A stretch of DNA of 64,000 nucleotides, taken from the NCBI RefSeq assembly GCF_009914755.1, contig NC_060928.1; one strand, given 5' to 3'. Shown here in pieces: positions 39,354 to 63,619 of this stretch (positions within the stretch are counted from its first letter, which is position 1; the number at the start of each line of letters is the position of its first letter). The DNA is from the human T2T-CHM13v2.0 reference genome, Homo sapiens. The translations under genes were made by a program, and so were the position numbers. The notes below the pieces were generated by a model, which was given only the letters and a program-made list of their open reading frames with translations, had not been told where the DNA came from and ran no database searches.

Positions 39354-40217
39354 GGAAATGGGTTTGTTTTGGGAAGTGGCATCAGATTCATGTTTCTCAT
39401 TGCAACTTAAAAAATAGCAAGCCTAATTGTTGGATAGTTATAATGGCTTTACTACTTCTCCAACATAGCATATTTCCACAAAATAACAAGATGATAGATA
39501 TTCCTTGAATAGCTTTCCTATTAAAAAACTATTGTGATGATTACCAGAGAAAGAAAAAGACTAAATGTCTTGTTCTTGATATTTGTTTTAGTTGTACTGG
39601 AAAATTAGAAAAATAAAACTTAATAAAATATGTTTCACAATGAAAAGACAATATATGTTCTTAAACAGTAAAAAAGTACACAGACTCTAATGGCAATTTA
39701 ATTCTTAACTGTAATATATAGAGCATAAAATTAACCAAGGCATGAAATCTCGGTATATTTTTTTGTTTGTATTTAAGATTTCAATTTGTACTGGCTCATA
39801 AATTTCATCTGAGATAAAGGAAAACAGCTTGTCTATATATCTACTCCTTTAGATCATAAATATTTTCTGAGAAAGAGTAATATCCTCTGCTTTGACAATT
39901 CCGGAAATACATTTTATAACAGTGCATTCAAATGTTTCCCATAATATGTCAGAAAAACTGCAGATGTTGTGGAAAATTCAATGTTATGGATTCATACAGG
40001 TCAGTAATGTCAGAAATTCATGACCTGTGCTAGAGGAAACTCCTAGACAGGATAGTGAAGAATGCAAAGTTTTAAGTGAAACATTAATACAAGTTTGTGG
40101 GTTACTACACAGCACAGAACAGACAACCAAAGAAAAAAAGACAGGACATATTATTATAAAGATGTTTCCAATATAAGAATTTTAGGGATTCTGGCTCCCA
40201 ATAATGGCAGAGTACAT

Positions 40218-40219
<2 letters not shown>

Positions 40220-40249
<30 letters not shown>

Positions 40250-40255
40250 TTGTGT
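40220..40255. repeat. (GT)n microsatellite, followed by degenerate TA/CA-rich sequence
   Basis: Directly visible. Confidence 0.9.
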
Positions 40256-40595
40256 ATCACAAATGTACAGAGCATATACATAAATAACATATGGAGTATA
40301 TAGTATATATAGTATTGTACAATGTAAAGAGTAGCATGTATATTTATCTCTCTATAGACACACACATATACATTATACTTGTGCATATATATGTATGCAT
40401 GTATTTGTATGTATACATTTGAGTCCCACCAAACTAGAGAAAAATCCTCAGTAAAAACTGTTTTCAGTAGAAACCCTAATTTTCCCAGGTGTATGCTTAA
40501 ATGCTATGCCTAAAATTAAAAGATTAAAAGATTAATCCTAAAACCAAGGGCAAAACTAAAATAGATTTCCCTAACAAAATATAAAACCAAATCTC

Positions 40596-40887
<292 letters not shown>

Positions 40888-42012
40888 TTAAATTAAAAAG
40901 AATTAAAAAACCCAGACCTCCACAAATCTGAGATGACCCACCAGTAATTTTAACTGACTTACAGGAGAAAGCATAGAATTTTTCAGATGAAGATATGATC
41001 CAGACTCTTAATATGCTACTTCACAATGTTCACTAAGCAACAAAAAATTATGAGACATGTGAATAAATAGAAAAATGTAATCCATAGTCAAGAAACAAAA
41101 TGAGCAAATATATTTCACAATTAGCAGGGAAGACCTTTAAATAAGTACGATAAACATATTAAGGTATCTACAGAAAAAGTTAGTTATAATGAGTTAAAAA
41201 ATCGAGAATTTCAGGAGAGATATAAAAAGTATTTAAAGAAAGAGAGAAGCAAATGCAAATCTTAGAATAATATCTTAAATCAATACAAAACATTTCATTT
41301 TAATCATGATTATGTAAATACTTGATAAAAAGTACTTGATAATACTTGATTCATTTTGTTACTATCTCAAATCTTTTTCCAAGACTATAGCTCTAGAATA
41401 AAACATTTGTTTTCATCATTACTAGAAGAAAAAAATTAATTTTGGGGGACTTCTAAGCAAAATCTTTCTATTGTTAAGTTCCCATTAATTGCTGCTGTTT
41501 CTGGTCAGAGTCTATTCTTTTTAGCAACTCATAAACATAAGAATTGGTGTATGCTGCCTCATCAAAAGTGGAAACCAGACTTGGAATATCAAAATGATTC
41601 ATTATCGTTTAATGTTTATTTGAGTCATAAATATTAGAAGATCATAATTCATTTGAGTCATGGTTTAAGAAAAACAAGCAAGAAAATGTATAGCAAACTG
41701 ATTTATTTTGAAATATTCTACCCTCCATATTAAATGTAAACTTTCATATATAATGATTATTTTTTAAGTAATGACTTAAATAGAGGAATGAACTTAACTA
41801 GTATCATTTTGAAAGAATATGTGTTTATCAGGCACCTGGGGGAAGGTAATTAGGAGAGAAAAAAATATCACCAGATGTCATGATGCTTGTAGATAGAGAA
41901 AATAAAATTGATGGGAGAAAAATCATAAAATATCCTAAAAATTCAGTGTCTATGAGTTTAGGAAAAATATTTTTTCACTGGCTTTTAGTCATCCTTTGAG
42001 GGCATTTGTCAT

Positions 42013-44837
<2,825 letters not shown>

Positions 44838-46381
44838 ATTCCAAGGAAACAGATTCATTCATTAATCTTATAAGCATTTATACCATTCTTGAATTATGTA
44901 CCTTGTGAGTTGTTGCATATCTAATGCTAAGGCATAGACCCTGCTCTTCAGTTTGGTAAAATTTCTTGGAACAGATAGCTAAACAAAAGAACATTACTTA
45001 TATAATGTTGTATGCCACATGCTAGAGTTTTCCATGTGGTATTGTGGAAGCTCAATGTGAAACACTGAGGAAGTGGAGATATTGAAGAGTCCTTCTAGAA
45101 GAATAGCTGTCTGTGATGAGAGCAATTGAAAAGCGGTGGGGGAAAGCAGGGACGAGTCTTCTGATCACAGAAAATAAGGTAACCAAAACTCATGCCTCCT
45201 TCTAGTATTACGAATAGTTTAGCTGAGTGGGATGTACCATGTACTACAAGGTATGCTGATGAAGAAGCTGGGAGATAAGGATGGAGATGAGAATAGAGGG
45301 CCAATATGTGTTTACAGGTCAGAGAAACCATTAAAGAATTTTAATAAGGGTATTCATAAATTCAGATTTTAGATACTTTGAAGACAGTTTAGAATGGACT
45401 TCATTTGAGTGGAATATAAGATAGGCAGGAGGCTTTTTATAAATTCAGACAAAGAATTAGGTAGTTCTAAACAAGAATGGAGAAAAGGCTTAGGAAAGAA
45501 GAAAATAACTATATGAGTACATTTAGAGTTAATTTGAAGGTCCTTGTCATTCATTGAACATTGATTAAGGAAAGGGAAAAGTTATAGATTATTTCCAGAT
45601 TTTTTGTCTGGACCACTGTACAGATATTAAGAATATTCTATAAAATGGAAACAGGCATTTCAGAGCAAAAATTATTATTTAGTTTTTACCAGCTTACTTT
45701 GAAGCGTCTACTACACATAGGTTTGGAGTGAGAGGTGGTTAATAAAATTTTAATCTCAAGCTCAGGGCCTAAACCTAGAGAAATCTAGATATGGGCATAA
45801 TACAAATGTAGATTTGAAAGTAATTTTTAAGGGTGTTGATATCCTGGGAGATGAGATTATCCAAATGAGATCCTAAATGAAAGTATAAAAATATAAAGAA
45901 TGGGACTTTGGGTAAAGAGTAGCATTTAAGTGGTTGTTAGAAGAAGAAAAGCCAAAAAAGTCTACTGAAGAGGAATGGTCTGCAGAGAGAAAGGACACCA
46001 ATGCCATGGACAGGGAGACTTCTCGAAGGGGGAGTGATCAAAGGGTGTCTGTTCCTTCAGTCTAGCCAAGGACTGAATACATCCAATGAATTTAGGAACA
46101 AAGAAGTCAAAGGTAACTTTGGCAAGGGTGGTTTCAGTGGAATGGTGTGTTGGAAGCCACAGCGAATTAATCAAAGGTGTAAAAGATTGATAAGAGAAGC
46201 AGGCAAAGAGATGTGAGCATACTTACATTTTGAAGAGAGAACATGGTGAAGTAAAATAGGTCATGGTTCAGAAGACAGATGGTTTCATTGACGGAGGACT
46301 ACTCTTGAGAAGGAAGTGCCAAGGATACAGAATATTGGTAATGAGTGGATGAAGGACATGAAAAGATAGAAATCAGTGAAA

Positions 46382-46613
46382 GGCCAGGCACGGTGGCTCA
46401 CGCCTGCAATCCCAGCAGTTTGGGAGGCTGAGGCAGGCGGATCACAAGGTCAGGAGATCGAGACCATCCTGGCTAACACAGTGAAACCCCGTCTCTACTA
46501 AAAATACAAAATTAGCCAGGCGTGGCAGCGTGTGCCTGTAGTCCCAGCTGCTGGGGAGGCTGAGGCAGGAGAATGGCGTGAACCCGGGAAGCGGAGCTTG
46601 CAGTGAGCCGAGA
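46382..46613 (+). mobile_element. AluY/Sc8-like, lacking its 3' end and poly(A)
   Basis: ggccaggcacggtggctcacg...gagcttgcagtgagccgaga, then unique sequence. Confidence 0.92.
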
Positions 46614-49600
46614 AGCTTGATGAGGTGTTCAGAGTGAGTCTAGCCAAAAATATGTGGCCAATTGAACCTCCAACCCCCACATAAAAAAGAATCCAAAATT
46701 CAATACTAGGAATTATTCAGGTACCAGAGAAGAACTGCATTGCTGTGGAGTTATGGAGCTCAGTAGCAAGCAGCTATCAGACCCAGAGGAGACTAATGTC
46801 AAGGTGGTTGGATAAGGGCATTCACCCAATTTTAAGAAACTACACTTCCAAAAATAAAATAAAATGCATGTTAAAGTTCTACTCAAAATGAATCAGAAGG
46901 CAAAATTTAAAAGATGAAAATGCCACGAGGTCATTTCCTGGATCTACCTGTCCTCCAACTGGAGTATACCTACCTAATGTATTTAAAATAATGTACAAAT
47001 TTAAATAACAAAGTCTTTAAAATATATATTTATCTTAAATCCTCCTCTTCACAGGAGGATTTAAGATACATTATTTTAAATATTGTATCATTTAAATCCT
47101 CCTGTGAAGAAGATTTAAAATAAATACATTAATGCTTTATACATGTATTTAAAATTTATACAAATAAAACTATAAACTTTTTTCCACTCAACTATTGTAA
47201 TCTGGTACTTTAGTTGGATCAAAATATATTTGCAAAGCTATATATTTCAGAGAGAAGAGAATCTGATTTATGCTGCTAAATCATGCAAAGATAGACACCC
47301 TGGGATTTTTCTCTATTTTTTTTTAATTAACAACTTCATATGCTGGAAAATAGTTTTCTGCTTATTTTATGGCAAAATTTATTTTGGCTTGTAATCATAG
47401 ACTATAACAGCCATGTTTGTGCCATATAAAAATTTGATAACATGACTATAGCAAAACGTATCTGAACTATATGTCCCATTTTAGGTTATGAGACTTAAGG
47501 AGGGTGTGGGTTAAATCCTTTATTTTTGAATCACTTGCCCAAGACTGCCTAAATCCTAGGCAGTCTTATAGGAAGACCAGAGAGCAATAGAAACTGAATT
47601 TTAAGGCATAGGGTCTCCCATTCAATGTATTACAAGTGATCCCTAAATAAATGTAAGTTGATTTACTTATTGCCTCACAGTACTGGATTCAGAGGTCTCT
47701 ATGCATAGTCCTTCTTGCAAAAATTTCTTGCTTGGTAATGAAATTTTCTAGGAGATGCTCCAGGAAATCTCACAGCTAGAAGGTAGACTCGTTTTCGGAT
47801 GATGGAGACCTGGCTTATATCCTGAATAATGTAAATAAAACAGTGACTTCTAGTTCTCCAGGGTATTTTGTTTTAAAGTAAAACACACTACCTTGTTCAA
47901 TCTAGGTTAATTGTGGCATATCAACCTTTGACTATCACTCATCAGTTTTTAATTTCTAATGAGAAACTTTATATGAAGAGAATTATTTCATACTTTATCG
48001 TCTGCCTTTTAATCCACACGGGTAACATTTGAAGGACCCGTTGCTTATTCTAATTAATATTTGAGTTCCTATTCCCTTTAGGTATGCAATTACTGTTTTC
48101 TGTGTTGTTCTCATGTCTTTTATGATGCTGTTTTTCTTTGCAGATTTAGTATACAAAGCATGTATGTTCCTTTAGGGTGTTAGCAAAAATAATTTTCCTT
48201 GTCTGGGCTTAGATGGTGCAGCAAGAGGCTTTAGAAATTCCTGTTGCAGAGATTTATATAAGACTGCCACATCTTACTGGAGAATGATGAAATAATGAAG
48301 CAGAAATAATCTGAAGATAATACCTGAGAATCAAAAGGGATAAAGTAATCACAGTGCATTATTCCACTAGTTCTAAATGTTTTCAAATAAAAAAAGATTA
48401 AAGACAGGCTTGAGAGGCATACAAATGATTTCGACAAAGCCATAAATTTGAAAATATGCTGAGTAAAGTATATAGGTGTATAGAAAATCATAGCACTTTG
48501 GAATTTACAACTTAAGCAAAGTAGTAGAAGAAAGTCTCCCCGAAATCTTTGTTGAAATGAAATACAAATGAAAATAGTATTAGAAAGAAATCTGAAGAGA
48601 TTTACAGCATGTAATTGGAATTACAGAAATAAAGCATTTGTGTAACATGGTTTGTAAGACAAAACATTATTTTTCTATTTGTAATTCCCTTTTGACTTGA
48701 AGGAGAGTGAAATGTGGGTACATGGAGAATATTTTGTTTTTTCTGAATAGGGTAACAGATGTGGGTAGGTATTTGGAAGTTTGGAATCATTTGAATTATA
48801 GGAAGAGGGCTACAGTTTGAATTGTCAGAACAATTCTAAATTTGTCTTTAAAAAGTGTGGGTGAATGGTCTTTCTGGATCAGAGAAATGGATCAAGGGGG
48901 AGCAGCAAGACAGGGAAAGGTAGAGAGGGAGAAGAAAAGAGAGAAGGAGATTAAAAAAGAGAGAAACACGCAATTGCCTCAGAACTGACTTCAGAAGAAA
49001 TGTTGAAAGGAATTTTATGCCGTGAGAGACAAATTATCCTTTTGGACTCATCTACAAAATCCTCAGTAAATTTACATTTTTCATTAAAGACATATGAAAA
49101 AATTAAAAAAGTTATATACATGGAGGCTGCTAAAATCTGGTTTACATAGGCAATGATAAATGAAAACAATATTACTGGGAATTGAATGGTATAAAACGTG
49201 TAAGGACTATGAGACATTTACAGAGTGCTCTCTTGGTGGGAAGTAGGTGTTGTGCTAGGCACATTAAAAACTTGGTCCCTTGTTACAAAGATTATGTACA
49301 AATGAAAAGGTGAAATAATTTTGAAATGAACTGTTTCCTGTAAGGCAAGGATAGACAAAAGAGAAGTAGAAATGCAAGGGAAAGTGGAAAAAAAACTGCC
49401 AAGTAGGGATGAACAAAAGGAGTAAAATATTCAAGTCAGGCCAGCAGAAAAATACTTTCCTCAATTTTCTTTCAGCTAAAGAATAAACGAGTTAGAATGA
49501 TATGGGAGTAGGGGGTGGGGGGTTGTAATTCTACCTTTATTTAGTAGCACTCTCACTTGCCATGAAACCTGTATCTTCATATTAGAGCAGAATTCATCCT

Positions 49601-49684
49601 TGGTGCCAGGAAGCTCCCGGAATCTATGAGGTGACTTGGATCAAAGAGATCAATATCTAAAGACTTTAAATAACCTCTGTGTTA

Positions 49685-50060
49685 TCTGCTGAACTATGTC
49701 CTCCTAAAATTTTTTTGTTGAAGTCCTAACCCCCAGTACCTTACACTGTGACAGAATTTGAAGATAGGGCCTTTAAAGAGGCAATTCAGGTAAAATGAGA
49801 TCATACACCTGGTCTGTAATCCAAAAATAACTGTGCTTTTATCAGAAGAGATTAGGACACAGACCTGAAGGGAAGGCCACATGAAGATCCCAGAGGGATG
49901 GAGCCTTTTACAAGCCAAGGAGAGAGGCCTCGGGAAAAATCAACCCAGCCTACATTTTGATCTTGGACTTCTAGCCTCCAAGACAGTGGAAAAATAAATG
50001 TCTATAGTTTAAGCCACCCAGTCTGTGATACTTTGTTATGGCAGCTCTAACAAACTATCA
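49685..50060. mobile_element. MaLR LTR (MLT1A/B-like)
   Basis: gttgaagtcctaacccccagtacc; agatagggcctttaaagagg; ttgatcttggacttctagcctccaaga; tttaagccacccagtctgtg. Confidence 0.85.
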
Positions 50061-50825
50061 TTTTTACCTTTCCCTCCCTATCACCTCATCACCCTCTAAA
50101 TCATATGGGACAGATGTGAACTGACGTTTGTATTGTTATTCAACCTAGGTAGATCCATGTTGAGTCATATACATGTGTAATTTACATAGGTGCTTCTGTG
50201 GCTGAAATTACTAATCTAATCTGGTATCTTTTACCAATTACATCCATCAGAGAGAGCCTGGTCATATGTCACCTCTGGATCTTAGCTGTCAACCAAAAGG
50301 ACGCTAAGACAAAAAAGCCTGTCCTTTATGTGGGCTTTTATTATTATTGTTATTTTTTTTTTGACGAATTTTTGTGTTTAGGAAAAAGACGTATAGCTGG
50401 TGTAACCAGCTAAGGGCCTGGGGCAGAATGGGAGGCTTGCAGGAATGTGTGTCGGTTAGCAAATATGCCATGGAGATTTGCAACACTTAAGCCTGCGTGT
50501 AGTCCTTGCTATTCATCATTCTGTTAACTGCACCTCTCTAGTAATTATTTTACATGGCCAGGTAATTTATATTTGATGTTGATAAATATAGTCCTACAAA
50601 ACATTGAAGTAGTTTTCTCCGGTATGAAAGAAAGCAGGCATTGTGTTTGTTGTTGTTTTCAGTATAGTTTAAGGTTAAGGGAATTTGTAACTTTATAATG
50701 AGTAATAAATGCATGGTATAATTTCTTTTTACTGATTAGAATTTTTAGTTTACTGCATACTGTATCAGTAATCTATATAATATAAAGTTTCCAAAGGTCC
50801 CTATGTATTGTTTTAATTGTGGTGG

Positions 50826-51114
50826 GGCCGAGCGCGGTAGCTCACACCCGTTATCCCAGCACTTTGGGAGATTGAGGTGGGCGGATCACGAGGCCAGGAG
50901 TTGGAGACCAGCCTGGCCAACATAGCAAAACCCCATCTCTGCGAAAAATAAATAAAAAAAAAAAATTAGCTGGGCGTGGTGGCAGGCACCTGTAGTCCCA
51001 GCTCCTTGGGAGGCTGAGGCAGGAGAATCACTTGAACTCAGGAGGCGGAGGTTGCCGTGAGCCGAGATCATGCCATTGCATTCCAGCCCAAGTGACGGTG
51101 TGAGACTCCGTCTC

Positions 51115-51142
<28 letters not shown>
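50826..51142 (+). mobile_element. AluS-like with a long A tail
   Basis: ggccgagcgcggtagctcac...gagactccgtctc(A)n. Confidence 0.95.
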
Positions 51143-51146
<4 letters not shown>

Positions 51147-51176
51147 AGGTATTAAAGTTGTGCTAATTCTTCCTTG

Positions 51177-51478
51177 GTGGTTCATACCTGTAATCCCAGC
51201 ACTTTGAGAAGCCAGGGTGATGGATCACCTGAGGTCAGGAGTACGAGACCAGTCTGGCCAACATGGTGAAACTGTGTTTCCATTAAAAAAAAAAAAAAAA
51301 GCTGGGCATGGTGGTGTGCACCTATAATCCTAGCTACTCAGAAGGCTGAGGCATGAGAATCACTTGAACCTGGGCGGCAGAGGTAGCAGTGAGCCAAGAC
51401 TGCTCCACGGCACTCCAGCCTGGGCGATAGAGCAAGACTCGGTCAAAAAAATAAATAAATAAATAAATTTTTAAAAAA
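51177..51478 (+). mobile_element. AluSx-like
   Basis: ggatcacctgaggtcaggag; (taaa)n tail. Confidence 0.93.
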
Positions 51479-51484
51479 AGTCTT

Positions 51485-55263
<3,779 letters not shown>

Positions 55264-56199
55264 ATGAATAATAAATGCATGGTATAGTTCCTTTTTACTG
55301 ATTAGAATTTTTGGTTTACTGCATACTATATCAATAATGTATATAATAAAAAGCTTCCTATGTATTATTTTACTTATGGCAGAGCACATAAATATTTATT
55401 AAAATATTTAGTGAGCTATGGAAACTTTCCAGAAAAGTTTAATTCATTTAGCAGTAAGATAAATAGGCCTTACTTTCAGTCCTGAGGGAATTAATATAGT
55501 CCTGAAAACATGAACTTTGTCTGGAAGATTCAGATTATAATCTTTCCTTTGTGTGTTGGGACTGAGCTGAGTACCGTGTTGGAAATTAGGAAGCCTAAAG
55601 TCCACAATTGGCTCTCCCTGTTTATAACAATTCTGACCTTAAGCAAGTCACATCACATGACTGTAGATTCTCTCATCTATAAAATGAGAAGGTAGTTGAT
55701 TCACAAAACTCCATCCATCTGGCATTATGCTAGGCACTGAGAAGACAATGGTGAGTAAAGCACTGCTCTTGATCAGTGTTCTTTAATAGAGCCTAGAATT
55801 TGCTTGTGATAAAATACTTTCCTTTTTCTAACCAAGTATCATTTCAATTCAACCTATTTTTGATTTATCTTGTTCTTTCCTCTATTTTTTAAGTCTAATA
55901 GCTGTGCGAGCTTATTGTTACATGGGGTCTAATTGTAAACTAAAGAATCATAAATGGTTATTACATAATGTTATTATTTACTAAAGTGAATACTCCAAAT
56001 ATTCACAAATAGCCTAGTTAAAACTATTTAACTGTATATTAAAAACAACTCAATCAAGATAAAATAGGGAAACATGGACAACATTTAGAAATGCGCATTC
56101 GTCTTAGGAGAGGGAAAAGACAATAATGTTTGTGTGAATTTGGCTTACCAGATGAGACAGAAAACATTGAAACAAATTCTGATAGAAATCTTGTCATTA

Positions 56200-56610
56200 T
56201 ACATGGAACCAACCCAAATGCCCATCAATGATAGGCTGAATAAAGAAAATGTGGTACCTATACCTCCTGGAATACTATGCAGCCACAAGGAGAAATGAGA
56301 TCATGTCCTTTGCAGGGACATGGTTGAAGCTGGAAGCCATCATGCTCAGCAAACTAACACAGGAACAGAAAATCAAACATCACATGATCTCTTTCACTTA
56401 TAAGAGAGAGTTGAATATTGAGAACACATGGACACAGGAAGGAGAACAACATACAGCAGGGTCTGTTGGTGGGTGGGGGGTGAGGGGAGGGAACTTAGAG
56501 GATGGGTCAATAGGTGCAGCAAACCACCATGGCACACGTATACCTAGGTAACAAACCTGCACGTTCTGCACATGTATCCTGTTTTTTTTTTTTGAAGAAA
56601 TAAAGAAAAA
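56200..56610 (+). mobile_element. L1PA8-10-like 3' fragment with TSD
   Basis: TSD gaaat(c/a)ttgtcatt at 56185-56198 and 56611-56624. Confidence 0.88.
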
Positions 56611-57329
56611 GAAATATTGTCATTTTATAAAGTGCACTGAAAGCTGGATGAAAGCTTATGAAGAAAGAATAAATCAATACATTGAAGAGCAAAGACCAAT
56701 CTATTTCCAGAAAAGTGAATCTGTACAGAAAGGCAGAAGATCATTTTAGCATTAAATATAAAATCTAACAGTGCCTTGTAAATGTAGCCACAATATTCAT
56801 AATCAAAGGGGGCAAGATAACTCTAAGTGACATGGACAACAGAACTAGAGGGATATAATTTATAGAAGGAAGAATAAATTTGTTCTCTTAAAACTTACAT
56901 AGTGAGTACATATTGTAAAAAAAAGATTAAAAAGTGTTAGTATGATGATATTATTATATTATTAATTATTTTCCTGACATCTTTTTGTCCCTCTTTTACT
57001 GACATTAACTACAATGCAGTTCCTAGACCTTAGTGTTAGACTGGGTTCCAAACTAGATTCCTCTGCTTTCTGGACACACCCTCTAAGCCTTAGTTATATC
57101 ATCAGATAGCTAACTATAATAATACCTTTTAGTGTTGATGACACTACTAAATGAGATAATGTATGTGACTAACAATGCTTAAATATGTGGTCTTATTATA
57201 ATTAAAAGTAATTTACTAAATAAAGAAATATTGAGCATCTGAAAGAAATGCATGTAGATTTTGTAATCCTAAGGGCTAAATGAATAAAGTAACAGAGCCC
57301 CATGAGGTAGCTTATTTGCTGCAAATCAA

Positions 57330-57661
57330 TTTATTTTATTATTATTTTAAATTTTATTTTTCCATAAGTTATTGGGGTACAGGTGGTATTTGGTTACATA
57401 AGTAAATTCTTTAGTGGAGATTTGTGAGACCCTGGTGCACCCATCACCCAAGCAGTATACACTGCACCCTATTTGTTGTCCTGATCCCTCAACCCTCCCA
57501 CTCTTCCCCACAAGTCCCCAAAGTCCACTGTACCATTTTTATGACTTTGTGTCCTCATAGCTTAGCTCCCACAATCAGTGAGAACATAAAATGTTTGGTT
57601 TTCCATTCCTGAATTATTTCACTTAGAATAATAGTCTCTAACCTTATCCAGGTCATTGCAA
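57330..57661 (-). mobile_element. L1PB/L1MA1-like 3' end
   Basis: ggggtacaggtggtatttggttacat; gtccccaaagtccactgta; tttggttttccattcctga. Confidence 0.8.
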
Positions 57662-60457
57662 TTTAAATGAGCTAATTTCTATTTTCAGTTGAATCGTTTA
57701 AAAAATAGCCAGGTGTTTTCCTGAGCCCATTGTCTTGGGGTTTAATTCCTCCATAGGTTTGTTGCATTTGTTCTGTTTTATGACCACAGATATTCCTAAC
57801 TTTAGTTAGTTCTTTTCTTAAAAAAAGCAAGTCTTTCAAAATAGAAGCTGAAGAAAGTACATAAATATGAGTCAGAACCAATCGACCTATCACCATGTGA
57901 AATAAGCACCTAGAAATTCATCTTCTGCTCACAAAAGGTCGGAAGCTAAAAGATTACACATGGTTATAAATACAAGCTGGTTATACTTCTAATGCAAAAC
58001 TAAATAGGACTAGAAGGCAGATGGCATTAACCCTTTTACTTTTGAGAGCACAAAAACCACTGCATGAACTGTTAGTCATTAATTCACTTTTTTCCCAAAG
58101 GATATTTTATTAATCTGTTATTAACAGTAACCTCTAATGAAGAGGAACAATGATATCAATGGAATTTTCTGCATTGCTTAAAAATCTTTCTTTTACTGAA
58201 TTAGAAATAAAAACTTCAAATGAGATAAATGTAAACAGAAGCCAATAGTTCTGGCAAAATGATTTTTCTCTTCTCGTCTGACTTGGCCTCCAGGAGGTTG
58301 GGGGAATGAGATTGGGAGGAAGAAACATAAACAGTGAGAAGAGAAATGTGTGCTCATGATACCCAGTAGGTGGTGCAGCTATACTAGCTATAATTTTGCT
58401 ATTTAAAGGGCATGATAGAATGCTGTTCTCTTCATGAACATTTATAATCAGAGTAACAGAATGCATTGATATGAATCTCTGTTCATAAATGACCATCAGT
58501 TGTCATCTTCATCAGCATAAACTGTAAAGTACCTCTTGCTGCATATGAACTATTTCACCTTGCTGGATTTTCCTAAAGTGAATTTAACTTCTTCAACAAT
58601 TGCTGGATTTTCGCACAGAAATTTGTTTCTATTTTCTGTCAATAGCGTCCTCATTTTCTTAGCAATTAATCTTAAAACAGAACTTTTTCACTTCCAGTCT
58701 CTCAGTATCCATAGCTAATAGAGTTACCCAACTCTGGTGATTATTTTAAAAGGTTTTCACATTTATCCCTTTCCATTTCACCTTTAGTTTCTCTAGCTTC
58801 AACTTCCTTATTTGCTTATGCATCTCTCAAGTAAGATAACACCTTTTCTATCTAATCCAGAGCATTGTTGGGAGTGTAAAATAAAATAATGTGTAGGCTG
58901 TGCTACAAAAGGTTTTAGAGTTGGGAATTTTTTTAATCAAAGATTCTGAGCTAGTTTCAGTCTCCATATAGCTTGCTTGCCTCACCATTTGATGTGCTGG
59001 GTCTGCGCATACAAGTATATTACCTACATTATATATGCACACATATATGCATATTTATATGAGTAATAGAGACAAAACTACTACATATAAACATGACATT
59101 GTACTATAAGTATGATTTAATACTCTCAGTATCAATGATTTATCTCCCACTAAAACATTTGCCTAAATGTAGATCAAAGTGCATATATTTTTTCTTTCTG
59201 ACAACTAGATAGGGCTAAGGGTTGAAGAGGAAGGAATGAGGTGGAACAATGACTGAGATTGAAGAGAAAGAATATAGCGACTGGAGTCTTATCAACTGAA
59301 AGAAGAACTTTCATTTTTGAGGGGAGAGGTCTCCATGCTAAACTGAACTTAGGTGTGCATCTTCCCACCCCTACCCCTGTGCAAAACATAACTTGCAGAC
59401 AACTCAGAGCCTAATCATGAAGGATTCTTCTAAGCCTTCCCATGCTTAATATAAAGTGGGTTGCTTTGGTGACTTGCTTAACGTCAATGGTGTGACGGAA
59501 AACTTTGGCTCTAACCAAAATCAAGTGCACAGAACCCACTAAGAATTTTTTGTGAGCTTAGCCAACTAATATTTATGCTTGAAATATAAACCCTTTTGTA
59601 AGATTTAAATAAAATCACTTGTGCACAATGCCTGGTACACATTAGATGTTGAGTAAATATTTGATGAATCTCAATCATTGATGTCTATAATTGGAAGAGA
59701 ATTTAGAGGTAGCTCTTATTATTTTATGAATAAGTTAATGAGCCTAGAAAACAATGATCCTACCAACATATTACTGAATCAGTACCAGTCTAGCAACCAG
59801 CAGTCCTGAATTTCAATTCTCTTTCCATTGTATTGTAAACTTTTCCTTTCTTTTGCTTTGTATCATCACTCTCCTTTCTAACACAGTCTCTCTCTCTTTC
59901 TCCCCCTCCCTCGTCCTTCTTCCTCTCTCATAGGCACACACAAAACTTTGTGCTCATTTGGCTTAAGAATCCAGAATTTCTCAAAAATAAACAGCTAAAT
60001 TTATGTAGGTTTACTAAATTTAACAATGTATTTAGAGTTGCTTTCATTGCAATAAAACCATTAATTACTCTCAGTATGCTTTAGGTTAATTAACTAAGGA
60101 GAATTTGTTAAGGGAGTTTATGTATTGTTTTAGTATGTAGCAAAAGGAGCTGTTGAATGCTAGAAAACAAACCCATCTGAACTAAAAAACACAAAATACT
60201 ATGTATTGAGCAGATATACAATTTTTAATCAATCAAAACACAGATTTTACCTCAGTGCATCTCACTTTGGTAAGTATGTGCAGTCCCAGCTTCATGAGTT
60301 TTTTTCTGAGAATTAATTTTTAAGTTGACTCTGGTACTTAGATGAATTTTGATTGCTGATATTGGAAAATATTTTCTTCTCAGAAATGATGTTATACATT
60401 TTGGTTGGCTTACCACACAAAAGCCTTTTATCTCATAATACGTAAATAATACAATAA

Positions 60458-63551
<3,094 letters not shown>

Positions 63552-63619
63552 TCAGTTGACCACAAAAAAATGTAAAGAAATACTTTTATTTATTGTTTCC
63601 TTCTTAAGTACAGAAATAA

